Source: an uncultured Nitrososphaerota archaeon (lineage in GTDB: Archaea; Thermoproteota; Nitrososphaeria; Nitrososphaerales; CADDZS01). From it: a DNA stretch of 64,000 nucleotides. A program made the position numbers and the translations under genes. Location: the NCBI GenBank assembly GCA_963799845.1, contig CAWCYI010000006.1:1312001-1376000 (forward strand), written 5' to 3'. Of this stretch, positions 52,017 to 64,000 are shown in pieces (position 1 is the first letter of the stretch; each line of letters opens with the position of its first letter). The notes under the pieces were generated by a model. It saw only the letters and a list, made by a program, of their open reading frames with translations. It did no database searches and was not told the origin of the DNA.

Positions 52017-53600
52017 CTAATTCTTCTTATCGCCGTTCTTCGTTAGCTCCTCATAGAAGGAGATGACAGCTTTTTCCTGTTTCTTCTCGATTGATCCTGG
52101 TCTTTTTGATCTTATCTTGGAGATAGCCTCGTCAGGAGCCAAGCCATACATCTTGCAGAGGTAGGCGGCAAGAACCGTTCCTGTCCTGCCTTTTCCCGCC
52201 GCGCAATTATGAACGATTGCACCATTTGCTAGGTAAGTATGGTTATCTTCAATTTCAAGGTTGTAAACAAGTCCGGAATACATCGATTTCTCAAGCGATA
52301 CAACCGGCATGCAATAGTAATTTGACCATAGAGCAGTATAGTGAGATGTGCTCTTCTCCCTCCACTCGACAATCCAAGCCGGGGATGGCCTTTCAAATCC
52401 GCTGTGCCGTTTGAATTGTCTTATGTACGGATGCCATCCGTTTTCCAGCACTAGATTCCAAACCTGAAAGGCCAGCGTCAAAGAAGTAGAGAAAAACGAC
52501 GAGCTTTCTCTTTTAGTCGAATAATAGGCATCGCCGTCGGTTACACCCTCCAGCACTGCCTTAGAATCGCATCCATGAAGGAACCCCGGCAAGCGTTTTT
52601 CCAATGAATTCGTCCCGAACCAATTTCGGAAATTATATGTCAACGTTCTCGAGTAGACTTTGATCCTTGTGTAGTTCTCGTGCTCGTCGACCTTCGGTTC
52701 AACCCCAAATTGGCCGAAAGCTCGTAGGGCCCGATCAATATCATCATTTTTTCCTAGAGTTAGTTGCAAACCTCTCGACCCGATCGATGAGCCGTCTGCC
52801 GCGTAGAGACCCATCAGCCATGAGACGTCAGCAGAGGCTAAAGGCTCAACCACTTTGTTCGAATTCGGATTGTCTGATTTCCACTCGAATCTGATCTTGC
52901 CTTCTTGTCTAGATTTCTGAGCAACTATCGGCGAGAGAAGAAAATCCCCAGGTACCAAATCCTTTGCCAAAACCCAGATTGGTTGTGTCTTATCCCAATT
53001 TCGGAGGATCGGATATTTTTTGCGACCTTTTCCGATCCAGTTTGGCTTGTAAGAGTAACCTTTTGGCTCTCTGTGCGGTCTGTAGATTAGAAACGGGTGC
53101 TCTGGGGTGCAAGTAATCGGCAAGGTCCCCCTTGATCTTATCTGAAACACCGGACCGTTGTAATAACGCTCGAATTTTTTGACTATCTTGTTCGATACTC
53201 CATCGCTACTGGTAACATATCCGAAGATTCTGTTTATCGGCGTGGGTAATGAAGACCCTACTACCGTGGACGGGATGAAGCAATGGACGTCAGTCTTATG
53301 ATTGAGTCCTCGCTCTGAAACCAGGAAATCGACGGACTCTCGCAATTGGGAGATGGTTGGAATCGCATGGTTTACCATTGGTACATTCTTGAAGTCTAGC
53401 CCGTCGATCCAATTCTTGTTGATTGGCTCTTCGGTCAGGGAGAGTAGCGCCTTGACACCATTTCTCTTCAGCCAGTCGACCTCTCTCTGAGAAAAGGGTC
53501 GCGCAGAAGCGCTCACGTAGTCGTCTATGAAGGAGAAATTCATTGGCTTCCCCAAAACTCTCCCGTAAATCCATCGGACGATATCCCCTGGTTCAAACAT
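52017..53600 (-). CDS. Dual-specificity protein phosphatase containing an intein
   Basis: Exteins give ~168 aa with P-loop VH|CAAGKGRTG; intein aa 107-465. Confidence 0.9.
   Translation of the reverse strand: MFEPGDIVRWIYGRVLGKPMNFSFIDDYVSASARPFSQREVDWLKRNGVKALLSLTEEPINKNWIDGLDFKNVPMVNHAIPTISQLRESVDFLVSERGLNHKTDVHCFIPSTVVGSSLPTPINRIFGYVTSSDGVSNKIVKKFERYYNGPVFQIRSRGTLPITCTPEHPFLIYRPHREPKGYSYKPNWIGKGRKKYPILRNWDKTQPIWVLAKDLVPGDFLLSPIVAQKSRQEGKIRFEWKSDNPNSNKVVEPLASADVSWLMGLYAADGSSIGSRGLQLTLGKNDDIDRALRAFGQFGVEPKVDEHENYTRIKVYSRTLTYNFRNWFGTNSLEKRLPGFLHGCDSKAVLEGVTDGDAYYSTKRESSSFFSTSLTLAFQVWNLVLENGWHPYIRQFKRHSGFERPSPAWIVEWREKSTSHYTALWSNYYCMPVVSLEKSMYSGLVYNLEIEDNHTYLANGAIVHNCAAGKGRTGTVLAAYLCKMYGLAPDEAISKIRSKRPGSIEKKQEKAVISFYEELTKNGDKKN
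52206..53282 (-). mobile_element. Intein with LAGLIDADG homing endonuclease (359 aa)
   Basis: C1 CFIPST, block B CTPEHPF, GLYAADGS, LEGVTDGDA, block F VYNLEI, terminal HN followed by C+1. Confidence 0.93.
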
Positions 53601-53682
53601 ACTCAGACACCTGTTTTGATATTCGGTTGCTTTCCCAATCCTCGAAGTAGTACGTTTTGTAACTTTTCCTCTTCCCTAGTCG

Positions 53683-54437
53683 GGTACCGGCCACTTAAGG
53701 ACAAAGGATATGGCCAGGGAACTATCTTCTATCGTTTTTGGTGACGAAACAATGGAGGACGAGTTCTACCTAGCCACACTCGACCGTAAGATATTTCGTG
53801 AGAAATAAGGTTTCAAGAGAAATCAAGGCAGAAGCTGTCAGGCTCTACTTGGAGGGTCTGTCTCTCAGGGTGATAGCAAGAAAGTTTTCTGTGAGCAAGG
53901 AGTCTGTCAGGCAGTGGGTGCTCAAATTCGAGGAAGCTTTTGCAGAAAAGAAGCTTACAGGGAAGAAGGAGAGACCTGTAATTCTATTGGATGAGACCAA
54001 GCTCAAGAGGCATGGAAGGATCGTGTACGTCTCAGTGTGCCTAGATCTCGAACGAAGAGAGGTAATTTCAACGCAGTGCATGAGGTCCATTACACTGGTA
54101 AACACGGTGGGGATCGTGAGGGAGGCTCTCAAATCATGCGCAAATGAGAAACCACTTTTAATCGTGGATCATGCGCCATGGTACAAACCAGTCTTCGAAT
54201 GGCTAAAAGTAGATTTCATACAAAGGACGTTTGGAATCAGGAATTACATCGAGAGGTGGTATAGAACGTTCAAGGAGAGGACGAGGAGATTCTACAACAA
54301 CTTCCCTATCAAAAATGAGGCAAGAGCTATCGAGCGAATAGCTAGATTCCTTCATCTGTTCACCTATTGGTACAACCACATGCGACCTCATGAGACGTTC
54401 AAAGGGAGAGTTCCATCGTCCTTATCTTGACGGTACC
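53683..54437 (+). mobile_element. IS6-family element
   Basis: IRs GGTACCGGCCACTTAAGG / CCTTATCTTGACGGTACC (14/18); 9-bp DR CCCTAGTCG. Confidence 0.85.
53798..54430 (+). CDS. IS6-family DDE transposase
   Basis: GLSLR..VSKESVRQW, LDETK, VDHAPWY, RNYIERWYRTFKERT. Confidence 0.92.
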   Translation: MRNKVSREIKAEAVRLYLEGLSLRVIARKFSVSKESVRQWVLKFEEAFAEKKLTGKKERPVILLDETKLKRHGRIVYVSVCLDLERREVISTQCMRSITLVNTVGIVREALKSCANEKPLLIVDHAPWYKPVFEWLKVDFIQRTFGIRNYIERWYRTFKERTRRFYNNFPIKNEARAIERIARFLHLFTYWYNHMRPHETFKGRVPSSLS

Positions 54438-54665
54438 CCCTAGTCGCTAGATCAGATTTTATATGGTCGATATAATAGCGGCGGTCGAAGATAGCAGACT
54501 GAATGTCTGAGGAGTTAGATCAATCAAATTAATTGCTGGCAAACTGAGAACATGCAGTTCTCAATTGCGATCAATTCATATGGAATTGCCTTTGGTTCGG
54601 GTGAGCAAATCAAGAGTGAAACCCGAAGGGAATTTGAATCGAGGTTGACCAAGGCTTATCTAGAA

Positions 54666-55756
54666 TAGGAGTTACGCATTTGGCCGAAAAGAATTTGGCC
54701 AGGATTGTTTCTCTGGTTCATCAGACGCTGCATGAACCCTCCAAAATGCGATGACAATGACTACATAGACTTCCTGATAGCATCCCAGAAATCATTCGCT
54801 TGCACCGAAGCTGCTAGATGTCAGCCTGATGATGATGCAGGAGTCACGCCGCCAGCACACGATAGCTTCACCCGCCTTCTGGAGAGACTGCCTGCGGATA
54901 CAGAAGCGCTCTGGGATGAGGCGAAGAGGATCATCGCCGTTACTGCGGGAGGAGTACTGATAGTCGATGATTCAACTCTGGACAAACCGTACGCGGAGAA
55001 GATGGATTACGTCACGTACCACTGGAGCGGAAAACACCACAGTGTGGTGAAGGGGATAAATCTCATCACAACACTATGGAGCGATGGTAACGCCCTCATT
55101 CCATGTGACTTTAGACTCTACAATGCGTCAAAAGACGGTCTCACCAAGAACGATCACTTCCAGGACATGTTGTTGGTTGCAAAGCAGAGAGGGATGGAAC
55201 CAAAATACGTCCTCTTTGACAGCTGGGTACTCGAGCATGGAAAATCTGAAGCTCATCGCAAGGGAGCTCGGGTGGCATTTCTTCTGCCGCCTCAAGGAGA
55301 ACAGGCTCGTCAATCCAACGGGCAGAAAAAAAGGAAACAAACCAATCAAGGACGTGGAGATCCCGCCTGAGGGAACCACGGTTCATCTCATGGGATTCGG
55401 AATGGTCAGGGTGTTCAGGACAGCCTCCAAGAAAGGAGACATTGAACACTGGGCTACCGATGACGTTGGGATGAATGAGGAAAAGAGAGATGAACTCTCT
55501 GACCAAGGATGGGGAATCGAGGAGTACCACAGAGGAGTCAAGCAGTGTTGTGGCATTGAGAGGGCTCAGGTCAGGAAGGCGACATCCATTCTGAATCACA
55601 TCCACATGTCAATAAGGGCGTTCATACGTCTAGAATTGTGCAGATTGATGACCGGGATAAGCTGGTACGAAGCGAAGGCGAGAATCGTCAGAGATGCGAT
55701 AAGGAGCTGACATTGCACACCCAATCTATCTTCTTGGGTCAACCGCGTAACTCCTA
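54666..55756 (+). mobile_element. IS701-family element; transposase (54732-55710) frameshifted near 55225
   Basis: IR TAGGAGTTACGC, 5-bp DR TAGAA; HDSFTRLL, IVDDSTLDKPY, LFDSW|YSS, WGIEEYHRGVKQ. Confidence 0.88.
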
Positions 55757-55922
55757 TAGAAGATGTGTCACTGTTTGAGCCTCGATCGCAAATGGTCGTA
55801 ACAGATCGCCCTGAGTCTCAATTGGGCTCCTTTAGTCACGTTGTCAATATCATTTGGGTTCTAATGATCACCAGACGCAAATCTGCGGGGGTCAAATAAA
55901 TTTGGGCAGTTTAACTCCAGAA

Positions 55923-56516
55923 ATGGTCAAGAGAATTAACGAAGTTTATGCTGAAATTCCTGTTTACAAAAAAGTAGCCCAAAAAATCAGTGCTGAAACG
56001 GGCACGAGACTTGATTAGCGTACAGTCAAGAAGTATGTTAAAGCATCTTCACGCCGATCAAGCCGAGCGGAAGTAAATGTACGTGCTCTTGCCAATAAGT
56101 CTCATTCCGATGCGCAAGCGACGAGCACTGCTTTCAAGATGTTTCGCGGGGGCAAATCGGCAGTAGACGTTGTGACGGTCATTGGATTGGATCCAAAGAA
56201 AGCACTCGAACTGCACAAGGGATTCCAGAGCCTGAAGGAAATAGAGATGCAGACAGAAGGGGAGCCTTGGTCGTACAAGATAAAGTTGGAAGAATTGCAG
56301 AGGAATTATGATGCCCTTGATCTCGCAAGCTCAAAAGATGCCGCTATCAGTGCGAGTGTAATTCGTTCACTCCAAAAACAGATCAGAGTGAAGGACCTGC
56401 GGATCCGGGACCAGAAGGACGAACTCGATGCGCTCAAAAGTATGATCACAAACGGTGCTTTCGCGACTATTTCGCCACTCCAGAAAACCAAGAGTTTGAA
56501 CCTCCAACAATCCTGA
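55923..56516 (+). pseudogene. HTH/coiled-coil hypothetical protein with in-frame TAG at 56016
   Basis: ATG 55923 is in frame with ORF 56139; LD*RTVKKY looks like TGG>TAG; AFKMFRGGKSAVDVV HTH-like segment. Confidence 0.5.
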
Positions 56517-56722
56517 CTGGTACGACCGCGATCAATGTTGTCGACATATCCCATTTCATTAGGTTTAGCCGTTAAGCTCCAGACTCTCCTGCCGTAGGAT
56601 GTAATGGATCTATCTTATCATCCTGCTCAAGTTGCTCTTCTCAGATTCAAAGCCTTCTTATAACCAGTTCTGGGAGTTGATGCGAAGAAAAGAGCGATAG
56701 CATCATCGGAGGAATGCATTGA

Positions 56723-59350
56723 ATGGCAAATTACGATTATGATGTAATAATCGCGGGCGGCGGAATGGCCGGCCTCATTACGGCTGCCTCGATTTCTGTC
56801 TACTCCAAACAGAAAGCTCGCATACTTGTGGTTGACAGAAACCCCCCACAGGATCCCGGAAAGAAAACGATAAACGGGTGGACCTGTGGCGACGCGGTAA
56901 GTAAGCGAAGCGTCGATTACATAGCGGACAATATCGGAATTCGTTATGGAACACCTGAACTGGAGCATCCGGTGGAAGGCGTGCTCGTTTACTCTCCAGA
57001 CCACGAAACAAAGGTATTGTTTGAAGGTCAGGGTTTCATCCTCAATCGCAAGATCCTTCCACGCAGACAGGTCGAGGATGCAAAAAAACTCGGCGTAGAG
57101 TTCGTGTATAACGTAATTTGTGACAGACTTTACTCCGAGGACGGGTTTGTTCGCGGAGTAACTGGCCGCTCAATGCCCGAAGGAACTGCTTTCAAGAAGA
57201 CAGCGAAGATGGTAGTCGATGCGGCAGGCTCTGCAACAAAACTTCGCCCCAATCTTCCGTTTCAGACGAAAATCGATGCGAATATTGATCGGGATGATCT
57301 AGAAAGCACAGGCAGATACATCTTTGATTTTGAGGTTGGAACAGAAAATCAGACATGGTTTGATTCCCGTTATGCCCTGATTCATTTAGATCAATATCTC
57401 GCTCCAGGTGGTTACTGCCTTGCCCCCGATACCCCAGTAGTATGTCAAAACAGCTTGAAGCCAATTCAAGATGTAAAATTGGGCGATGAAGTCCTTACTT
57501 CCATGGGCTGGATTCCGGTGGTTGACACGAGTGTCAGGAATTACGAAGGTGAACTCGTCGTCGTCACTCCAAGTATGATAAACTATCCAATTCGACTCAC
57601 TTCGGATCACCTTGTAAGAGTGTGGAATCCTCGAACAGGGGAGTCTTGGAAGAGGGCCGAGGATCTTGTCAGAAGCACTGTCGCTAACCGTCGCAAAAGT
57701 GACTATTTGGTATTTCCCTTACCGAAGAAGAAGGAGTCGCCACTGGAGATTCTGGACATTACGGAATACTGCGAAGGGATTGTTGAGGGAGATTACATGC
57801 ATGTGAGGATTAGACAAGAATTCTACGCCGGAAGATCTCCAGATGGAAGCTATCTCAGAAGAACTGGATATGCAAAACATCCGAAGGGCACGAGATTACC
57901 CACGAAGATACAGCTCGATTCGGACTTCCTTGAACTTTGTGGCTGGTACCTGTCCGAAGGTTGCATAAAGAGAGGTCATGTTACGATCTCGAATACCAAT
58001 GAAGGGCATGTGGATCGAGTAACGTCGTTAATCGATAGATTAGGCTACAATTGGCTTGTTTGGGACAATAGAAGTAATGGGAGGAAACTGTGTCACAACA
58101 TAGAGATTACGAATTCACTTGTCGGAATGCTGTTTTCTAAATGCTTTGGCGTGGGTTCTCATAGTAAGAAACTTCCGAGTTGGGTGCATAACATAAGCGA
58201 GGAAAACAAGCTCGCATTGCTCCGGGGAATGTACTTGGGAGATGGTAGCATCGAACGGGGAAAAGACGGTCGTTCAGACAAACGAGACTACACTACCGTA
58301 TCGCGAGGTTTAGCCGTAGATCTTTGGCTGTTGCTGGCCGGAATGAAGATTGTCGGTTCACTCAAATTAATCAAAAAGAAGAACGCTTGGGCCGTAATAG
58401 TTCCTGGTCACCAAGCTGGATTCTTGGGAGAAAATCTGAATCAATCAAAGAAAAAGCAGAGAGGCGGATTTTTCATTGGAGACGACTGCATTTATCTTCG
58501 AATCAGATCCATCGGCCACGAGAAGTATTCCGGTCCAGTTTACGACATCAACTCTGCAGGGGACTTTACACCCCTGTTCAGTGTTCACAACTGCTGGACC
58601 TTCCCTAAAGGTAAAAGCAAGGTAAATATCGGCCTCGGCGTCCAGAAAAAGCTCTGGACGAGAGAAACAAAAATTTCGGTAAGAAGGACGGATTGCAGGA
58701 TCTGATAGACCAGTACGTTGGCATGAACAAGGTGATCAAAAATCCCGTCCAATCAAAGGAGGAGGACGACGGGGGCAATACGAAAGGGAGCTGGCAGGTC
58801 TCCGTAAGGAGACATAACGATTGTCTTGTAGCCAATGGGTATGCCATGGTCGGGGACGCCGCCTGGATGGCGCGGCCCATTGATGCAGGGGGGATTGGCC
58901 CTTCGATCTACGCAAGCGTGATGCTAGGCAAGGTAGTCGCTCGTGCGATCGAAGCAAACGACACGAGTGAGGAAGGGCTGTGGCAGTATAACCTGGATTA
59001 CATGAAGCATCACGGCTACCAGATGGCGAGTTTCGAGGTTCTTCGTAGGTACTTGCAAACTCTCACAAATGAGCAGATCAGTTATGGAATGAAGTACTTC
59101 CTCTCCGAAGACGATATCTCAAGTATAGTGAATCGCGAGCACCCTCGGTTCAGCCGGCTGAGATTTTTGAATCCGGCGATGATGGTTCGGATTGCAAAGG
59201 AGTCTAAGCTGAGCTTCCGGCCTGAAACACACAGCGGATTCAAGTGAGGAGCTGATAGCGCACAACATGAACTATCCGGAAAAACCAAGTGGTTTCGTCG
59301 AGTGGAAGAGCCAGTTTTTGTCAAAACTTCAGGAAGCCTTCAGGTTCTAA
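56723..59350 (+). CDS. Digeranylgeranylglycerophospholipid (geranylgeranyl) reductase family protein with intein; frameshifts near 58650 and 59215
   Basis: IAGGGMAG, CGDAVS, APGGY|CWTFPK..VNIGLG, VGDAAWMARPIDAGGI. Confidence 0.88.
57416..58591 (+). mobile_element. Intein with LAGLIDADG homing endonuclease (392 aa)
   Basis: CLAPDTPV, LTSDHLV, GWYLSEG, LRGMYLGDGS, VYDI, HN|C. Confidence 0.93.
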
Positions 59351-59550
59351 TTTCTCCAATCCCGTGGACAGATTGCAGAGATCGTTCTGAGTTACCTACG
59401 ACCGGATCAAATGTATCATATCGGTGCGCGTTAGTGATTTTTCCCAAAGATGGAAAATCATCATTTCGACTTACGCCAAATTTGCTTACATTGGGGGGAT
59501 TTCGTCTGGTATGTTCATCGAGTTTAACGTTTGGCAACTGGAGCAGGAAA

Positions 59551-59718
59551 ATGACCTTGGCAGCAAAAGAAGAGTTCACAAAAGAAGTCAGGTATGAGAT
59601 ATATTCGTGTGCGTTCTGCGAGTTCGTTCAAAATTCAATGGGAACTGAACGCCTCGAAGCGATTGACGAGAAAAAGTATCTGTTCCATTTGAAACATGTT
59701 CATAACCTTGAACGTTAA
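59551..59718 (+). CDS. Small C2H2-like zinc-finger protein (55 aa)
   Basis: CAFC...HLKHVH. Confidence 0.55.
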   Translation: MTLAAKEEFTKEVRYEIYSCAFCEFVQNSMGTERLEAIDEKKYLFHLKHVHNLER

Positions 59719-59836
59719 TCGGCAGTAGTCCAAGACTTATTGCGAGATTAGAATATCTGTCGCGGGAATTGCCTTAGTCGTTCCAGCAGTAGAATGCGCA
59801 ATTTTCATTGACAAAGGCAGGGGACTTGCGATATGC

Positions 59837-61117
59837 TTACTCTTGCACAGCGTCCTCAAACCAGAGCTCGTTTGAACCCAGGTCGTCCTCGTCATCTTCT
59901 TCATTTTCCTTGATACTTTTTATCTCAATCACTCTCAAAGGCTTCTTATCTTCTTGAGGGTGCTTCACTTCGACTTTGGGTACTTCAACCTCCACCTTCT
60001 GCCTAATTTCCTCTTCGGGGGCTTCGACTGCTGGCGACTTAATTTCTTTGATCACTTCAGGTTCAATCGGCGGCGCCTCTACTTTTGGGGCTTCGACCGG
60101 TAGCGGACGAGCAACTTCCTTTACTGGTTCAAGTCGTTTTTCCTCTATGCCAGATTGTTGGACTAGAACAACGGGTTTGGGCTCCTCCTTTGTGATCGGG
60201 CTGGTCTCGATTTCCATTTCGTCAAGTTCGACAGATCGAATTACTTTTTCGACCTCTTCGAGCGCTCTAACTTCGACTGATTTCGAAATCTTCTTCTCAG
60301 CTGGAGATTCCAATCTTTTTACTTCGATTCGAAGTTCTGAAAGCATCAGTGTCAAGGACCTTGTATCCTGGCTGTATACTTCTTCAGCCAGCATGAATTT
60401 CTTTTTCCGAAATGATTCAACTAGGCCCGCAGCCATTCCATGAAGAAAATAATTCCCAACCGCCTTTCCTGAAAATATTGGAGGATCGATAACTACTATC
60501 CGTTCAAAAGTCGTTTCAGATTCCCAGGTAAAAGATCCCCAACCCGCTGCCTTGAGATATCCTCTGACATTCTCCTGGATTGCATCTTCGGAAAAGCCGG
60601 GCGACATTTTGGTTCGCACCTGCTTCACGACATCCAGCGCATAATTGCGCCCCACGTCTCGCAAGGCAACTTTCGATTCCTCAGAGTTCAGGCGTTCTTG
60701 GATGAGAAAAGTAATGTTCGAGTCGATTGATACGACTCTATTTGTTAGCAATATTGTTTGCGGGAAAAGAAACCCGTCAAACATTCTGTTTTTCAGGCAG
60801 ATCGCATTAGCGTTTCTGACCTGTTTCATCCGTCTTAGTTCAATGATGAGGTCGTCAGGGGTTACACTAACTTCGCCTAGATCGCAAGATATGCAGAGAG
60901 TGAATTCTCTGTTTTTCTCATCGACATAACCCGTCTGCGAGACTATCCTTGCACCACGTTTTAGCAGAGTGTTCAATATCTGAACTTGGATTCCCCGATC
61001 TTCTCGACCATATACCAGGAACGCGTAACTTCTAGGAGTGCCGATTGCTAAATTGCCGATATTATTCGGATAATATTCAACCGAGGGGAGCCGCGGTTTT
61101 CCGAGATGGAAGCTCAT
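59837..61117 (-). CDS. ACT-like + V4R-like domain protein with acidic/Pro-rich tail
   Basis: EDRGIQVQILNTL..GARIV (ACT-like), LRDVGRNY, YLKAAGWG, FLHGMAAG (V4R-like). Confidence 0.6.
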   Translation of the reverse strand: MSFHLGKPRLPSVEYYPNNIGNLAIGTPRSYAFLVYGREDRGIQVQILNTLLKRGARIVSQTGYVDEKNREFTLCISCDLGEVSVTPDDLIIELRRMKQVRNANAICLKNRMFDGFLFPQTILLTNRVVSIDSNITFLIQERLNSEESKVALRDVGRNYALDVVKQVRTKMSPGFSEDAIQENVRGYLKAAGWGSFTWESETTFERIVVIDPPIFSGKAVGNYFLHGMAAGLVESFRKKKFMLAEEVYSQDTRSLTLMLSELRIEVKRLESPAEKKISKSVEVRALEEVEKVIRSVELDEMEIETSPITKEEPKPVVLVQQSGIEEKRLEPVKEVARPLPVEAPKVEAPPIEPEVIKEIKSPAVEAPEEEIRQKVEVEVPKVEVKHPQEDKKPLRVIEIKSIKENEEDDEDDLGSNELWFEDAVQE

Positions 61118-61523
61118 CCGGCCTTTCCTACGAGATTGAATGGAATAAGACGCAATTATAGGATTATGGACTTCAGATCTAGATCCTAGCCAACCCCCCA
61201 GTTTCTTCGAGTCGATCTGTTCTGAGCTATTTTGAATTTTGTAAACTCTAGCATCTTACAAACCACCTGGAGGAAGAAATCAAAGGAACCCCACAAAATC
61301 AATTTCGTTTATTCATCACCATTTGATTTGATCGTAGCTTATATCGTGGTGTCTTGGAAGAGTCAATAATTCTGCCTTGAAAAGGGAAATAATTCAGCAC
61401 CTTTCTACCGATCCGAATAGTGCTCGGGCCAGCGAGTTTGTACTGCCCACAAATCCGGAGCTCTTCATGAAAAGAGGGCATTATTCGATTTGAATCTGGA
61501 TTTTCTCGACTATGTTTAATTGA

Positions 61524-62902
<1,379 letters not shown>

Positions 62903-62920
62903 CGTGATGGTCGATCAATC

Positions 62921-63727
62921 ATGCCAGATGACGGCCAGACGAAGTTCCTATTCATCGCCTATTCGAAGAATGCTGAGAAAAAATATGCAACCATTACCCT
63001 GAACAGACCGGAAGTGATGAATGCTCTAAATCTTGAAATCAGGAAGGAGATCCTTGCCGCTCTTGACCTCGCCGAGAAAGATGAAACCGTGCGCGTCGTT
63101 GTTTTGACTGGAGCGGGAGAAAAAGCGTTCAGCGCAGGGGCAGACATCAGAATGTTTCAAACGATGACTCCCTTCTTGGCTAGAGAGTACCTGAAAACGA
63201 GCAAGGGAGCTTCGAGTCGGCTTGAAAACTTTCCCAAACCAGTAATCGCCGCGGTCAACGGTCATGCAATCGGCGGAGGACTGGAACTTGCGATGTCGTG
63301 CGACATTATCGTAGCATCGGCGAATGCAAAATTTGGTCAGGCCGAAATCAATGTAGGAGCCATCCCTGGAGTCGGAGGGACACAGAGGCTGCCGAGACGG
63401 ATCGGACTTTACAAAGCCAAAGAACTAATTTTCACAGGTGATCTAATTGATTCAAGTGAAGCCTTGAGGCTTGGGCTTGTCAACCGGGTGTTCCCCACAA
63501 TAAAGGAGATGATGGAATTTGTCGATAATCTCGCCGAAAAAATTTCTTCGAAGAGTCCGCTCATATTGAAGCTGGCGAAAGACTCGATCAATAGTTCAGC
63601 ATCCGGATTGCAGGAGGGACTTGATTACGAAAGTACGCTGTTTGCTTTCTGTTTTTCGACAGCCGATCAAAAAGAGGGAGCGAATGCCTTTCTGGAAAAG
63701 CGGAAGCCTGTATTTACAGGATCCTGA
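62921..63727 (+). CDS. Enoyl-CoA hydratase/crotonase
   Basis: LNRPEVMNAL, AFSAGADI, GGGLELA, FGQAE..PGVGGTQRL. Confidence 0.93.
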   Translation: MPDDGQTKFLFIAYSKNAEKKYATITLNRPEVMNALNLEIRKEILAALDLAEKDETVRVVVLTGAGEKAFSAGADIRMFQTMTPFLAREYLKTSKGASSRLENFPKPVIAAVNGHAIGGGLELAMSCDIIVASANAKFGQAEINVGAIPGVGGTQRLPRRIGLYKAKELIFTGDLIDSSEALRLGLVNRVFPTIKEMMEFVDNLAEKISSKSPLILKLAKDSINSSASGLQEGLDYESTLFAFCFSTADQKEGANAFLEKRKPVFTGS

Positions 63728-63754
63728 TTTTTTAAGAGATTATTTTTAAGGGTC

Positions 63755-64000
63755 TCACTTCCCTAATTCGAGTTCCATCTGTACACCGTTTCTGCCCCGT
63801 CCATAGTAATTCCTTATCGTCCCGCGAAATTCGAATCCGAATTTTGTGTATAGCGACTGGGCGGATGTGTTGTCGGCAGCAACTTGAAGGATGAGCTTCT
63901 TGATCGCATTTACAGGAGAAACCTCCTTCGCGATTCGAATTGCATCACCTAGGAGACTTGAGCCCACACCCCGATTTCTGAAATCGGGATGGGTTGCTAG
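63755..64000 (-). CDS. RimI/Ard1-like GNAT acetyltransferase (5' end outside window)
   Basis: HPDFRNRGVGSSLL, LQVAADN..AQSLYTKFGF..IRNYY. Confidence 0.85.
   Translation of the reverse strand, partial: LATHPDFRNRGVGSSLLGDAIRIAKEVSPVNAIKKLILQVAADNTSAQSLYTKFGFEFRGTIRNYYGRGRNGVQMELELGK

Noticed and set aside
55141-55605. Long antisense ORFs (here and opposite many enzymes)
   Set aside because: Shadows of well-supported genes on the other strand.
56016-56018. In-frame TAG as pyrrolysine readthrough
   Set aside because: No pyl genes seen; context fits a TGG>TAG nonsense change in an IS-disrupted region.

Overview
Archaeal DNA, most consistent with a heterotrophic Nitrososphaerota (Thaumarchaeota)/TACK lineage. 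Evidence: BHB-intron tRNA, geranylgeranyl reductase, thaumarchaeal-type integrase remnants and class III signal peptides. About 2.2-43.97 kb is a ~42 kb catabolic genomic island at the 3' end of a two-intron tRNA-His(GTG), with a 25-bp direct repeat at 2197-2221 / 43968-43992. The island starts with a ParB(CTPase)-HTH-SnoaL/NTF2 fusion gene next to a perfect 18-bp parS-like palindrome that recurs at a second divergent promoter 22 kb away. This is the best candidate for a new system: a ligand-sensing ParB/parS-like transcription regulator. Cargo: class IV aminotransferase, MR/MLE enzyme, PLP enzyme, a non-canonical M24 pair, two LeuCD-type hydratases, a beta-decarboxylating dehydrogenase, two MmgE/PrpD, UbiD, an isochorismatase-family amidase, two Opp/Dpp ABC systems, an LLM oxidoreductase, an epimerase, GH4, FAD oxidoreductases and a DapA-like aldolase, plus a cluster of back-to-back tRNA T-arm (att-like) scars. 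Right of the tRNA lies mostly core genome (toprim, htpX, nth, GGR, eno, crotonase, GNAT) with four IS elements, including an IS1182 with a SWIM passenger nested inside an IS6. Two LAGLIDADG inteins sit in catalytic motifs of unusual hosts: a dual-specificity phosphatase and a geranylgeranyl reductase. Many genes, including core ones, carry single frameshifts, probably sequencing indels. All calls come from manual motif reading; no database searches were run.
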